This document shows positions 47,749 to 58,045 of a DNA stretch of 64,000 nucleotides, piece after piece; position 1 is the first letter of the stretch; each line of letters begins with the position of its first letter. Origin of the DNA: Polyangiales bacterium (lineage in GTDB: Bacteria > Myxococcota_A > Polyangia > Polyangiales > Houyiibacteriaceae). The DNA lies in NCBI GenBank assembly GCA_045106895.1, contig JBGCFM010000016.1, forward strand, positions 1 to 64,000, in the 5' to 3' direction. The position numbers and the translations under genes are program-made. Under the pieces are notes generated by a model. That model worked only from the letters and a program-made list of their open reading frames with translations, was not told where the DNA came from and ran no database searches.

Positions 47749-49458
47749 ATGCGCATCAGCTCCTACTGCCTTCTCCTTATCGCCCTGGCCGCCTGTGGTC
47801 CCTCACCGCGACGCGTCGTTCTCGGCACAGGGGGGGCTCCGCACACCGGTGGCGTGAATATCGCCGCAGGACCCTCGGTGCCAGGGTCCGCGTCCAGCGC
47901 CGCGCCCCGCGATCGCTTGAACATCGCGAACAGCCACCTCGAAGCGCGCGGCTACCGAATTATCGGCCCGGCCAGCCATCACGACATTAGCCAGACCGGC
48001 CTCGTCGCCATGCCCGTCGAGGCGCAACCGAACCAGTGCTACACCGTCATGGCGCTCGGTCAGGACGGGTCGAACATCGACATCATCGTCGTCGATCCGC
48101 TCGGCCAAAACGTCGGCCAGAACGTTTACCAGGACGCCAATCCCTGGGTTCATTTTTGCGCGGTGCAGCCGGGCCGTCACCTCGTACGTGTTCAGCTCGC
48201 CAGCGGGAGTGGCGTCTTCTTCTACGCCGCTTTCCAGGGCAACGGAGACCCCGAGCTCGCTGCTGTTCTCGGCGGACCCGCATCACAGGGCGATGTCTCG
48301 GCGGACTCGGACGTGCTCTCACGCATCGCTGCGGTGAACCAGCAGCTCGCACCTCAGCGCTTCGAAGCGCTCCTCTCCGAGCCCATGGGCTACAACTTGG
48401 CCGCTGGCGGCCATGACGGCGTCGCACTTCAGCTCGCCGCGGGCACCTGCTATCGCTTCGGCGCCTTCGGCGGAAACGGCGTCCGTGACGTTGGCCTTGC
48501 CATCGAGAATAGCAACAATGAGATGATTCAGCGGGACGTCGATGCCAACCGAGACGCCGTCGTTGAGTACTGCCCCGTGGCCAGCGGTCGCTTCACCCTA
48601 AGCGCAACGATGGTGGATGGTGCGGGCCCCCTCTTCGTGACGGGCTGGCGACGCCAGGCCGCGGGTGCACAGCCGACGGTGACCCCACCACCGACGGTGA
48701 ACGTCATCTCTGCGACGACAGGCGGCGGCGGCGGCCTCGCGGAGTCCTTCGCAGCACTCAACGCGAACATCACGGCGCGCGGATATGAGGCCTATGGGGA
48801 CTCTGCGAACGGAAGCCTTCGCCCCGGCGAGAGCCGTGACTTCCCCCTCGCCCTTGAAGGGGGCAAGTGTTACGCGATCGTGGCCCAAGGCGATGGCCGC
48901 GTGTCGAACCTGGACCTTGTCCTTCGCGACTCCTCACGCCGCGAGGTCGACCGCGATGTCGCTCAGGACCCGCGCCCCATCGTGCGCGTTTGCCCAGAGC
49001 GAACCGGCGAATACACGATGGCCGTCAACATGGCCCAGGGCGGTGGTGACTTCGTCTACCAGGCTTACCGCTGGCCACGTGGCACACGCGGACCCTTTGG
49101 TCTGAATGGCCTCATCTACGTTCGCCTCAGCGAAGTCTCGGCGCTTCTCCGCCAAGAGGGCTACTCGCCAAGCGGCGGCATTCCCCCGGGTCAGGGCTCC
49201 CTCGCACGTCAGGGTGCGCGCGGGCAACATGAGATTGAGCTCAGCGGCGGCTGTGTTGCTGTCCTCGTCGTCGGTGGTGATGGCGTCAACGATCTAGACG
49301 TGACGGTGCGGTCGCGCTCGGGTCAGGCAACGGGCGAAGACAGCCGAAATGCGTTCCCAAGCGTGCGCTTCTGTCCAAGCGCTGGAACCTATACCGTGAA
49401 CGTTGAAGCCGCCGGCGGCAGCGGCGCGTACTTCTACCAGGTGTTCGAGCGAAACTAA
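47749..49458 (+). CDS. Lipoprotein with four tandem ~120-aa PPC-like Cys-paired domains
   Basis: Lipobox LAAC; four repeats of C(Y)...A.G...V.DLD..V.....D......FCP..G.Y. Confidence 0.78.
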   Translation: MRISSYCLLLIALAACGPSPRRVVLGTGGAPHTGGVNIAAGPSVPGSASSAAPRDRLNIANSHLEARGYRIIGPASHHDISQTGLVAMPVEAQPNQCYTVMALGQDGSNIDIIVVDPLGQNVGQNVYQDANPWVHFCAVQPGRHLVRVQLASGSGVFFYAAFQGNGDPELAAVLGGPASQGDVSADSDVLSRIAAVNQQLAPQRFEALLSEPMGYNLAAGGHDGVALQLAAGTCYRFGAFGGNGVRDVGLAIENSNNEMIQRDVDANRDAVVEYCPVASGRFTLSATMVDGAGPLFVTGWRRQAAGAQPTVTPPPTVNVISATTGGGGGLAESFAALNANITARGYEAYGDSANGSLRPGESRDFPLALEGGKCYAIVAQGDGRVSNLDLVLRDSSRREVDRDVAQDPRPIVRVCPERTGEYTMAVNMAQGGGDFVYQAYRWPRGTRGPFGLNGLIYVRLSEVSALLRQEGYSPSGGIPPGQGSLARQGARGQHEIELSGGCVAVLVVGGDGVNDLDVTVRSRSGQATGEDSRNAFPSVRFCPSAGTYTVNVEAAGGSGAYFYQVFERN

Positions 49459-49480
49459 GGCGAGTGCGCCGCTGGGTGCA

Positions 49481-50494
49481 CTAGTCCAAATCCGTTAGGT
49501 CCCGAAACGCCCGCTGGGCGTCTCGGCGCTCTTGTAAACCCATCGACGCGTCATACGCGACGACGTCTCCGTAGAGTCGGAGCAGTTCCTGGTGTGCCGT
49601 TGACCGGCATTGGACGTCGTCGGCGTCAAGGCCTTCGATGAGCCAGCGGACGCGCTCCTCTGCGCCATGCTTGTTGAACCATCGCTGCCACTCAAGCGTC
49701 GATTTCGCGGGGCTGGCGCTCATGATTCGTAGGGTGCCAGCGGCCATCGAGTGAAGTCGATCATCTGCGTCGCTCAGGAGATCGATGCAGACAGGAACAA
49801 GTTCGCGCCATCGAAGGACTGCGAGTGTCTTCAGCGCGATAGCGCGCTTCTCCGGGCTGAGAGTGACGTCGAGGACCTCGTTACACAACGCCATGGCCTG
49901 TGCTCGGACGGCGGGCGCGTTGCGACGTGCCGATAGGCCTCGAGCGGCCGCTTCTGCCACGCCGACGTCAACGTCGAGGACGCGCACCATGAGGGAGGCC
50001 GCAAGGTCGCACGTGCCTGCGGGGGGCGCCGAGTCGAGGAGATCTGTGGCGAGCAGGACGGCGTAGTAGCGAGCGGCGTCATGGCTGACGAGGAGTCGCT
50101 GGAGAGTCGGGATCGCGGCATCGCCGAAGGCGGCGATGACGCGACAGGAGGCGCCGCAGTCGCGACCTTTGGGGACGCTCGTGTGCGCCAAATGACGATG
50201 AAACCAGAGCAGCCCGGGAAATGTGGATTCGACGGCGGCGAGACCTGCGTCACCGAGCCCAATGAGGGTCTGCAGGGCCGGGCCCTCGTCCTCGGGTCCG
50301 CACTGGGAGAGCAGCCTAAGGGCGACGGCGGCGCGCTCCTCGTTGGTTGCACCCGGCGCGGATGAAGGCGCCACACTCGCGCGTTTCGGAGCGATGGATT
50401 GCGGAGGGATGTGCTCCTCAGGGCCATCCGCGCCGGTGTTCGTAACGGCGTAGGCGCCGGGCTGATCCGCATCGGACACGCCCAATTCTATCAC
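49481..50494 (-). CDS. HEAT/ARM-repeat-like hypothetical protein
   Basis: Helical L..LL.D.D..V...AA..L repeats; W.RWF..H motif. Confidence 0.7.
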   Translation of the reverse strand: MIELGVSDADQPGAYAVTNTGADGPEEHIPPQSIAPKRASVAPSSAPGATNEERAAVALRLLSQCGPEDEGPALQTLIGLGDAGLAAVESTFPGLLWFHRHLAHTSVPKGRDCGASCRVIAAFGDAAIPTLQRLLVSHDAARYYAVLLATDLLDSAPPAGTCDLAASLMVRVLDVDVGVAEAAARGLSARRNAPAVRAQAMALCNEVLDVTLSPEKRAIALKTLAVLRWRELVPVCIDLLSDADDRLHSMAAGTLRIMSASPAKSTLEWQRWFNKHGAEERVRWLIEGLDADDVQCRSTAHQELLRLYGDVVAYDASMGLQERRDAQRAFRDLTDLD

Positions 50495-50518
50495 GAGAAG
50501 CGCCGGAAGCGGACGCCG

Positions 50519-51532
50519 CTAGTGTGATGTGAAGAGCCAGTAGAGGCCCGCGAGACTTAGGGCAAGCACGGTGCCCGCGAGGGCGTAGATCGCGACGTCC
50601 GCGCCACCGCCGCTGGGCGCTGCCGGGAGCTCGCTCGGAGATTCCTTCCGCGCCTCCGGCGAGGCCAGGCTTTCCATTGAGTCACCTGCCTCGTCCGGAG
50701 CTTCGCCCGCTCGCTCTTCGTCGCTGTCTTCGCTGTCTTCGCTCTCATCGAAGACCTCTTGCGCCGGCTTCGCGGATGGACTTGAGGGGCCCACGGGAAG
50801 CTCACTCATCGCTGCATCGTCTTCGCCCAGCATCGTCGCAAGAGATGCGGAGGCCGGGTCCTCGAAGCGCAGAATGGTGGCACCGAGGGTGAGCTCATCG
50901 CCGTGCGCGAGGCGCTTCGTTCGAATGCTGCGCTCTCCCACCAGAACCCCATTCTTGCTGCCGAGGTCTCGAATCACCACGCCTTCAAGATCATGAACGA
51001 TTTCCGCGTGCTCACGGCTCACGTCAGCGTCGTCGATGTGGAGATCCGCTTCGTCGCCACGGCCTGCGGTCCAGTTGGAGGGAGGAGCGGGGAGCTCAAC
51101 CCATTCACCGGCGCGGGAGCCGTTCACGAAGAAGAGCGAGGGAGGCTTGAAGTTCTCGTTCGGATCGATCCGGAAGAGCCGAAGTGCAGCGGCGGCGGTC
51201 CCGTCGGCGCTCGTCGAGATGGCGACGGCCTCCATGGAGACGACAAGCGAGAAGCCGCCGATGTCGAGCACGTCTCCGTCGGCGATGGGTTTTGCGCGAC
51301 CGGGAACAACACGCTCGCCATTGACGCGGACCCCATTTGTGGAGCCCTCATCGATGACTGAATAGTTCGGTCCGGACGCGCGAATCGTCGCGTGATGGCC
51401 AGACACTGCGGTGTGCGGCAGTTGGACATCGCATCCACCTCTTCGGCCAATAACGATTCGATCTTGGTCGAAGGAAAGGGAGACGCGACCGTCGGCGATC
51501 CAGCCGGATTCGATTTGCAGGCGCACTCCCAT
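50519..51532 (-). CDS. Dual-FHA domain protein with C-terminal TM
   Basis: Two FHA motif sets (IGR...VSGHHA...STNG; AGR...VSREHA...SKNG); acidic linker; TM tail. Confidence 0.9.
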   Translation of the reverse strand: MGVRLQIESGWIADGRVSLSFDQDRIVIGRRGGCDVQLPHTAVSGHHATIRASGPNYSVIDEGSTNGVRVNGERVVPGRAKPIADGDVLDIGGFSLVVSMEAVAISTSADGTAAAALRLFRIDPNENFKPPSLFFVNGSRAGEWVELPAPPSNWTAGRGDEADLHIDDADVSREHAEIVHDLEGVVIRDLGSKNGVLVGERSIRTKRLAHGDELTLGATILRFEDPASASLATMLGEDDAAMSELPVGPSSPSAKPAQEVFDESEDSEDSDEERAGEAPDEAGDSMESLASPEARKESPSELPAAPSGGGADVAIYALAGTVLALSLAGLYWLFTSH

Positions 51533-51667
51533 TCGCCCCGACTCTCGCAAAGTCATCACGCTTGGTCGACTTTCGCGCGAAACTCGGCTTTGTCGAAAAC
51601 TGGACGCCAAGGTCGCTTCTAAGGCATTCGAACCCTACGCGGCATTTCGCCGTACGGGAGAAAAACG

Positions 51668-53416
51668 ATGCAGGCAGCCACCGAACGCAGGGATCCAGTC
51701 GCGACGCGAGTGCCCCTGGACGACGTTCTGATCAACCTTTCGCCGGAGGGGTTCCACGAGACATTCGCTGCCGACGGCGTGAACGTTGGCGTGGGCGGTG
51801 TGTCGATTCGCTCGGCCATCTTGCCGGACGTCGGGGCAAAACTTCATTGCCGATTCCAATCGCCCCACGACGGACACGCTGTGGATGCAGACTGCGAAGT
51901 CGTGTGGTCACACGCCAGCGGCTCCAACGTCGGCGAGTTCGGCATGCGCTTTACGGGCATGACGACGGACGACCAGGCTTCTATTGAAGAGCTCGTCGAA
52001 GCTTGGAACCAGGACCTGCTGGCGGACATCGAGCCTGTACAGGCAGCGGAGCCACCTCAGTCGCTCAACGTCAAACTACACCTCGATGGCGTTGGTTCAC
52101 CCATCGAAGCAGAAGCGATGCATCGCGCAGAGGACGCGCTCGTCGTTGAACAGAGCCTGCCGTTCCTGCGAATCGGAACGGGCGTCAGCGAAGGAAACCG
52201 GCGCGGCACCCTGCAGTCCGTGGACCTTCGAATCGAAGATGACCTTCCTCGCCTTGTGATGACGGTCTGTTACGAGGACGAGCAAGCGTCGGAAGAGGAA
52301 AAGCCGTCGGGTGATGTGACGCTCCTCGAAGGCGAAGCCCCGGCGCAGCCCCTCGCCGACATGCACAGCGCACGCGCGGATGCGAGCGTTTCGCTGCCGA
52401 ACGATGGTCCGAGTACCCCTTTGGAGTTGGAAACGGCGCTTCCCGAGGAAGCGGAAGAGCGCGAGGCCGTCGTCGAGCTTCGCTACGACGCGAGCAACGA
52501 AGAGGCCATCGAGAGCGAGAGCGAGGGCGCCGCAGTGGACGACGATGAGTCGCTTGTCGCGCAGCTCAAGCCAGACTTTCGCCGCTCACTTCGCGCTTTC
52601 GGCTCAAAACTCGCGCCCCTGTGGGCACGTGTTCGGGCACTGGGCCTCGCGCTGTGGATCAAGGCGGGACCGCGCGCGCGTGCTCTCGGCGCTCGCACGA
52701 AGACCTTCGCCTCGCTCCTGGGCAAGAAGGCCGGGGCGAGCGTGGGTACACTTCGGGCGCGCATTACGAAGCGCTCGACGACCCAGGTGAAGACTTCCAA
52801 GCGGACCGCAGCACCGAAGCGAACCAAACAAGGAGATGCGCCTGCGGCGCCGAAGCGCGGCGTCGGGCGCTACGTTCTTGGCGGAGTCATCGTACTCCTC
52901 GCGCTCGGTTACTTCGTGTCGCAGCTGAGCGCTGAGACGCCCACTGTGTTGAAGAGCGAGGCAGCCCCGGAGCCCGTGGTTGACCCTGAAGCGGGCGACG
53001 AGACATTCGCGACGCCGGAACCCGTCGAAGCGGCCGTCGCCCCAAGCGCCGCGCCAGGTGAGGTCCCAGCAGCTTCCCCTTATGCCAGCGAGAGCACTGC
53101 CACGGACGTTGAGTCAGCGGAGAAGTTCGAGTCTGGCGACGTGGGTGGCGGACGTAGCTACACGCTCCGAATGAGTCTCCCCCCGCGCGGGATGCGCGGT
53201 CAGGACACAGAGGACGGCATCCGCGTTGTGATCCTTGGCAGCAACGCTATCGATGGTGCGCGTCGAATCGCGTCTGCGGACCCACGCATCTCATCGGCGT
53301 CGATTCTCAACCATGGCGAGGAAGCGGAGCTTCGTCTTCGTTTCACCGAGGGCGACCGACCTGGCTACCGAATCGAATCACGTAGCTCCACGCTCGTGAT
53401 CACCATCGGCGACTGA
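51668..53416 (+). CDS. PilZ-domain membrane protein with periplasmic C-terminal domain
   Basis: N-terminal PilZ-like fold (NVGVGG, EVVW, FGMRF); acidic linker; single TM near residue 405. Confidence 0.75.
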   Translation: MQAATERRDPVATRVPLDDVLINLSPEGFHETFAADGVNVGVGGVSIRSAILPDVGAKLHCRFQSPHDGHAVDADCEVVWSHASGSNVGEFGMRFTGMTTDDQASIEELVEAWNQDLLADIEPVQAAEPPQSLNVKLHLDGVGSPIEAEAMHRAEDALVVEQSLPFLRIGTGVSEGNRRGTLQSVDLRIEDDLPRLVMTVCYEDEQASEEEKPSGDVTLLEGEAPAQPLADMHSARADASVSLPNDGPSTPLELETALPEEAEEREAVVELRYDASNEEAIESESEGAAVDDDESLVAQLKPDFRRSLRAFGSKLAPLWARVRALGLALWIKAGPRARALGARTKTFASLLGKKAGASVGTLRARITKRSTTQVKTSKRTAAPKRTKQGDAPAAPKRGVGRYVLGGVIVLLALGYFVSQLSAETPTVLKSEAAPEPVVDPEAGDETFATPEPVEAAVAPSAAPGEVPAASPYASESTATDVESAEKFESGDVGGGRSYTLRMSLPPRGMRGQDTEDGIRVVILGSNAIDGARRIASADPRISSASILNHGEEAELRLRFTEGDRPGYRIESRSSTLVITIGD

Positions 53417-53421
53417 GGCCG

Positions 53422-54981
53422 CTAGCGCCAGATAGGCAACCGTACAACGAAGCAGGCGCCGTCTTTGTAGGAGGCGTCGAGTTCGATGGAGCCTGATTGC
53501 AGGCTCAGAATGTTGCGGACGATGGATAGACCCAGTCCCGTTCCATCGCCTTCGCGCTTCGTAGAAAAGAAAGGCTCGAAGATCTCTTCGTGCAGAGCGT
53601 TCGGTACGCCGGGGCCATTGTCGATGACTCGAATCGTGACATCGTCGCCTTCCAAGGCGGCGATGATTCTAATTTGGCCGTCGCTTGCCGTCGCGTGACA
53701 CGCGTTTGTGATGAGGTTGATCAACACCTGCTGGAGCGAGGCTCGGACGCCTCGCGCGCCGGGAAAGTCTTCTGGAAGGTCGAGTTGAACCCGCGTATCG
53801 ACGTCACGGATCAGGTGTTCGCAGAACCCCAGCGATTCATCGATGAGGCCGCCAACGTTCACGCGAGTCGCATGGCCTTGGGCTGGGCGAGCGTAGGAAA
53901 CGAGACTCTGGGTGAAGCGCTTCATTCGCAACGAGCTCTCCACGATGCGAGCAAGCGCCTCGACTTCTTTCACAGGGCGTGACTTCTTCGCTGCGATGGA
54001 GTGCATGTGTTCTGAGTACGCGAGGATGCTGGTCAGAGGGTTGTTCAACTCATGCACGACGCCGGCGGCGAGCTGCCCGAGCGTCGCGAGCTTCTCCGCG
54101 TGGATCACCTGTTGCTCGAGGTTGCGGAGGGTGCGCAGGTCCCGACAGATAACGAGCGCACCCGCACCGCGGAGGGCCGGGTGAGCGAGTGGCAGAAACT
54201 CGAGGCCGACGCGCAGCGTCGACGCGGCTCCGACGAGGTCGCACTCCACGGCGGTGCCGTTGCGAGTGGCTTGTTCTACGTGCGGCCAGTCCCTCGGAGC
54301 GATGAACTCTGACCACGGCTTGGAGTTCACGCTCGCTCGACCGATTAGATGACAGAATCCCTGGCTCGCAACGAGGACACAGCCGGCGCCGTCCACGAGT
54401 ACCAGCGGAACATCCGCGCGGCGCATGAGGGCCGTGACGTAATCGCCGAGTGGCGTGTGCGTGGGTCGGTGGTGGGTGCGCTCGATTCGCGGAGCAAGAG
54501 TCGCAGCGATAAGTCGCACTTCGGTTTCTCGCCCCTCATCGGGCTCGCTCGCTTCATGGGAGATCACGCCAAGTGCCCGTCGGCCTGCGACGAGTACCGC
54601 CTGAAAACCACCGCGCTGTACAGGCTGGTAGAGATCCACAAGCTGAACGCTTGGGTGCGTGTTTTCATCGCTGAGTCCGGCTTCAACCCAGGCCTGGCGG
54701 GTCACCGAAAGAGTTGCCGTCGCGGGAACGCGGGATGAGGTCCGCTGCAGCGCGATGTCGTGCTCACTCAGTAGGTGAATGGCCCAGAATCCATCTGCGT
54801 CGAGCTCCCGGAAGAACTCGAAATAGAGATCAATGAGGTCGGCAACATCAACATCGGGTCCTGCACTCGCGCCAAGCCGCAGGAGTTTCTCCGGGAAAGT
54901 TGCCGTTTTGATTTGCAGCGCGTGAACGCCACTGTGTGCAGGTTTTCGAGGCAGGCGCTCGTCCTTGTCGCTAACGCTCAT
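53422..54981 (-). CDS. PAS-containing sensor histidine kinase (NtrB-like)
   Basis: GVVHELNNPL H-box; QVLINLITNA, DNGPG, FEPFFSTK, GTGLGL. Confidence 0.93.
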   Translation of the reverse strand: MSVSDKDERLPRKPAHSGVHALQIKTATFPEKLLRLGASAGPDVDVADLIDLYFEFFRELDADGFWAIHLLSEHDIALQRTSSRVPATATLSVTRQAWVEAGLSDENTHPSVQLVDLYQPVQRGGFQAVLVAGRRALGVISHEASEPDEGRETEVRLIAATLAPRIERTHHRPTHTPLGDYVTALMRRADVPLVLVDGAGCVLVASQGFCHLIGRASVNSKPWSEFIAPRDWPHVEQATRNGTAVECDLVGAASTLRVGLEFLPLAHPALRGAGALVICRDLRTLRNLEQQVIHAEKLATLGQLAAGVVHELNNPLTSILAYSEHMHSIAAKKSRPVKEVEALARIVESSLRMKRFTQSLVSYARPAQGHATRVNVGGLIDESLGFCEHLIRDVDTRVQLDLPEDFPGARGVRASLQQVLINLITNACHATASDGQIRIIAALEGDDVTIRVIDNGPGVPNALHEEIFEPFFSTKREGDGTGLGLSIVRNILSLQSGSIELDASYKDGACFVVRLPIWR

Positions 54982-56950
54982 CGGATGCCTTTTCGATATC
55001 CAGAATCCGCTGCTCGCCTACGTAAGACTTGGTCTCGTAGCGTGACATCCGACCGATCTTTCGAACGATGTCGGCCATGCGATCGGCTTCCCGGTACATG
55101 ACGCTGGCAGCCCGATGCTCTGGTGTCCCTGTGGGGATCTTCCGTTTGAGGAGCTCGGCGTACGCCATGAGGCTCGTGAGCGGCTGGTTGAGTTCGTGTG
55201 CTGCCGTTCCCGCGCGTTCGGCGACGAGGGAGTTCTTTTCGCTCGCAGCAAGTCGCCCCTGGGCTTCGGCGAGGCGTCCCTCGACGAGCAGTTTTTCTCG
55301 AAGGTCCGTGAAGATCCCGAACGTCGCCGACGGCTCGCCCGCTTCGTAGATCATGGACGCCGAGAGTCGGATAGGAATGTTCTCTCCACCTTTGGCGCGC
55401 GCGTGCAAGTTGGAGGGAGAGAGCCGGCCGGCTCCGCCGTGTTCATCGCTACGGAGACGCCGCATGATCTGGTACGCCTCGCCCGGCGGATAGAGGTCTC
55501 GTGTGGTGAGACGGCCGATGACTTCTTCGGCGGCGTAGCCGTAGATCGCCTCGGCCCCGCGATTGAAGAGGATGACGTTGCCGTTCATGTCAGCTGCGAC
55601 GATTCCGTCCACGCTGGCGTCCACGAGGGACTCAAGAAACTCCATCGTCTTGACGAGCTCGGCCTCTGTCCGGCGTTGTTCAGTGACGTCTTGAAAGGTA
55701 ACGAGGACGGAGTCCGGTGCATCGGCCAGCGTCGAGAACGAAGCTGTGCAGATGCGATAGTCTTCCCCTGCGCGCTGCACTCGGAGGTCGACGCCGCGCG
55801 GGTGAATACCTTTCGGCAGGTCCGCCCACAGTCTGATGATGCGGCTTCGATCGTTGCGGTGAATGAGCTTTCGAACCAGGAAGTTCTCGTGCGTCGCCGG
55901 GGACGCAGCGACGATTTCGTATGCGCGTGGGTTCGCAAAGAGCAGCCGTCCGGACTTTTCGTCGATGACGGCGATTCCCTCCGCCGCGGAGGTGAAGAGG
56001 TCCGCGTAACGGTGGAGCTCTTCGAGTCGCTGCTCGGCTTCGAAGCGGGCAAAGGTGATCTCTTGGGTGTGATCCCGTAGCGACTGCATCACGCGCGCGT
56101 TGCGGAGAGCGACCGCCGTGGCGTTGGCGATGACCTGGCAGAAGCGCGTCTCGCGTTCGTCCAATACTCCTCGCTCGACGGCGGAGCGAAGGAACAAGAC
56201 ACCGACGGCTTGGCCTCGCCAAGTAATCGGAAAGAGCGTCATGGAGCTCAGCTTGTCCGTGACGAAACTATCCCGGACGGAGTCCAGAATCGGGTGGGTC
56301 GCCGCATCATGGATGGTGAGGCTCTCGCCGCTTCTCAAGACGCTCTGAATCTCCGGGTACTTCTTCAGATCGATTCGAAGGTTTGCGAGGGCGCTATCGT
56401 CGCTGGCGACGACGACGTATCCCACGTCGCCGGCATCTGACTCCGGGGTGACAACGACGGAGACGCGGTCGACGAGCATCACCTCCGCGATTCGACGAAC
56501 CACGGTGTAGAGAATCTCCCGAAAGTCGAGGGAGGAGGAGAGGGCCTGTGTCAGCTCCAACATGACCTCGGCGTCACGTTTTGCGCTCGTGACCTCATTC
56601 AGTCGTTCCGCTTCACTCAGCATGCTCTGAACGCGGAGCGTGACTTCCAGATCGGAGGCCTGGCCGACGATGAAGTCGTCGACGGAACGTGCGAGGGCGC
56701 GATAGTTGTCCGTGAGCGCAGGAACGATCAGAAGGGTCGAACAGGGGTAAGAAGACTGAGTGAGGGGTGCGATCCAAGCCTTGGCTCTCTCCTCGGTGCT
56801 CGCATAAAGAACCGCGAGCGTAGGCTCTGTGGGTGGCTCCGAAATACCGCGCGCCTCTCCGGGGCTGAGTCCGGCGGCCTCAAGGGCCTCAAGGGTCTCA
56901 GGCGAAATCGGCTCATGACTGACGAGCAGAAGCTTGGGAACGAACGTCAT
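54971..56950 (-). CDS. Pseudo-receiver/GAF/PAS/PAS/HisKA protein lacking an HATPase domain
   Basis: GAF and two PAS domains; AAHELNQPL H-box about 70 aa from the C-terminus; no N/G1/F/G2 boxes. Confidence 0.88.
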   Translation of the reverse strand: MTFVPKLLLVSHEPISPETLEALEAAGLSPGEARGISEPPTEPTLAVLYASTEERAKAWIAPLTQSSYPCSTLLIVPALTDNYRALARSVDDFIVGQASDLEVTLRVQSMLSEAERLNEVTSAKRDAEVMLELTQALSSSLDFREILYTVVRRIAEVMLVDRVSVVVTPESDAGDVGYVVVASDDSALANLRIDLKKYPEIQSVLRSGESLTIHDAATHPILDSVRDSFVTDKLSSMTLFPITWRGQAVGVLFLRSAVERGVLDERETRFCQVIANATAVALRNARVMQSLRDHTQEITFARFEAEQRLEELHRYADLFTSAAEGIAVIDEKSGRLLFANPRAYEIVAASPATHENFLVRKLIHRNDRSRIIRLWADLPKGIHPRGVDLRVQRAGEDYRICTASFSTLADAPDSVLVTFQDVTEQRRTEAELVKTMEFLESLVDASVDGIVAADMNGNVILFNRGAEAIYGYAAEEVIGRLTTRDLYPPGEAYQIMRRLRSDEHGGAGRLSPSNLHARAKGGENIPIRLSASMIYEAGEPSATFGIFTDLREKLLVEGRLAEAQGRLAASEKNSLVAERAGTAAHELNQPLTSLMAYAELLKRKIPTGTPEHRAASVMYREADRMADIVRKIGRMSRYETKSYVGEQRILDIEKASDER

Positions 56951-57106
56951 TCGGTCCACGGATACTACCAGTTTGGGGCGGCCAATGCCGAACCCCACGA
57001 ACAGGAGCAGTCACGCGTCACAAGAACATCGCTCTGTGGGCGTCCGGCGAAGCATGGGAGACGATTCTGCGTGACTCCCTCACCCAGTGAGAGCTAGGTC
57101 TTTGGG

Positions 57107-57928
57107 GTGATGGAGAGCAAAAGGACAGACGAGCGGCCCATCGGCGTGTTCGACAGTGGCCTCGGGGGCCTAACGGTGGTTCGCGCGATTCGTCAGCGCA
57201 TGCCCAATGAGAACATCGTTTATCTAGGCGACACGGCGCGCGTGCCATACGGGACTCGATCGGCACAAACCGTCATTCGATATGCACAAAGCTGCGCACG
57301 GGCACTGGCTACCCACGACCCCAAACTCCTCGTCGTGGCGTGCAACACGGTCAGCGCTGTCGCGCTCGATACCCTTCGTGTTGAGCTGGATGTACCCGTG
57401 CTGGGCGTCATCTCTCCCGGTGCCCGGGCGGGCGTGGAGGCATCGAAGACCGGACGCATTGCGGTCATCGCGACGGCCGGGACGGTGGCGTCTGGGGCGT
57501 ATCCCCGTGCCAGCGCTGCCATCGACTCGCGCGTCGAACTCCAATCCCTCGCGGCTCCGCTCCTGGTGCCTTTGGCGGAGGAGGGGTGGCTTGAGGGCGA
57601 AGTGCCGGAGCGCGTCATCGAGCGCTATTTGAGCCCTCTCGCAGGCTCCGGGGTGGACGCACTTATTCTGGGCTGCACCCACTACCCGCTCTTTCGTGGG
57701 CTTATCGAAAGCGTCGGGCAACGTGTGGTGGGCCCGGAACTCGTCGTTGCGGACAGCGCTGAGGCGACGGCGCTGGAACTCGAATCGCTCCTGGAAACAC
57801 GTGAGATGACAGCTTCGGGACCCGGTTCGCTTCAGGTCATGGTCACGGACTTGCCCGCACGTTTTGCGGCTGTGGCTACACGCTTCTTGGGCGCCGACGT
57901 CCCTGCGGTCACGCCGATCGATCTCTGA
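57107..57928 (+). CDS. murI: Glutamate racemase
   Basis: IGVFDSGLGGLTV, VACNT, LGCTHYP. Confidence 0.97.
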   Translation: MMESKRTDERPIGVFDSGLGGLTVVRAIRQRMPNENIVYLGDTARVPYGTRSAQTVIRYAQSCARALATHDPKLLVVACNTVSAVALDTLRVELDVPVLGVISPGARAGVEASKTGRIAVIATAGTVASGAYPRASAAIDSRVELQSLAAPLLVPLAEEGWLEGEVPERVIERYLSPLAGSGVDALILGCTHYPLFRGLIESVGQRVVGPELVVADSAEATALELESLLETREMTASGPGSLQVMVTDLPARFAAVATRFLGADVPAVTPIDL

Positions 57929-57930
57929 GA

Positions 57931-57969
57931 CGTGCAAAACACGAGCGAAACGCCGTAAGCTTTTGCACG
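57931..57969. promoter_or_regulatory. Inverted repeat CGTGCAAAA-N21-TTTTGCACG (murI terminator or enhancer-binding site)
   Basis: Perfect 9-bp arms about 50-85 bp upstream of the sigma54 box. Confidence 0.45.
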
Positions 57970-58016
57970 CTCGCTCAATAATCTGGTGATGAGCCGCGAA
58001 AAGAGGGCTGGAGAGC

Positions 58017-58032
58017 TGGCACTTCCCTTGCT
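58017..58032 (+). promoter_or_regulatory. Sigma54 (-24/-12) promoter
   Basis: TGGCAC-TTCCC-TTGCT matches TGGCAC-N5-TTGCW exactly, in intergenic DNA, oriented toward the VWA lipoprotein gene. Confidence 0.75.
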
Positions 58033-58045
58033 AGGACGTCAGGTG

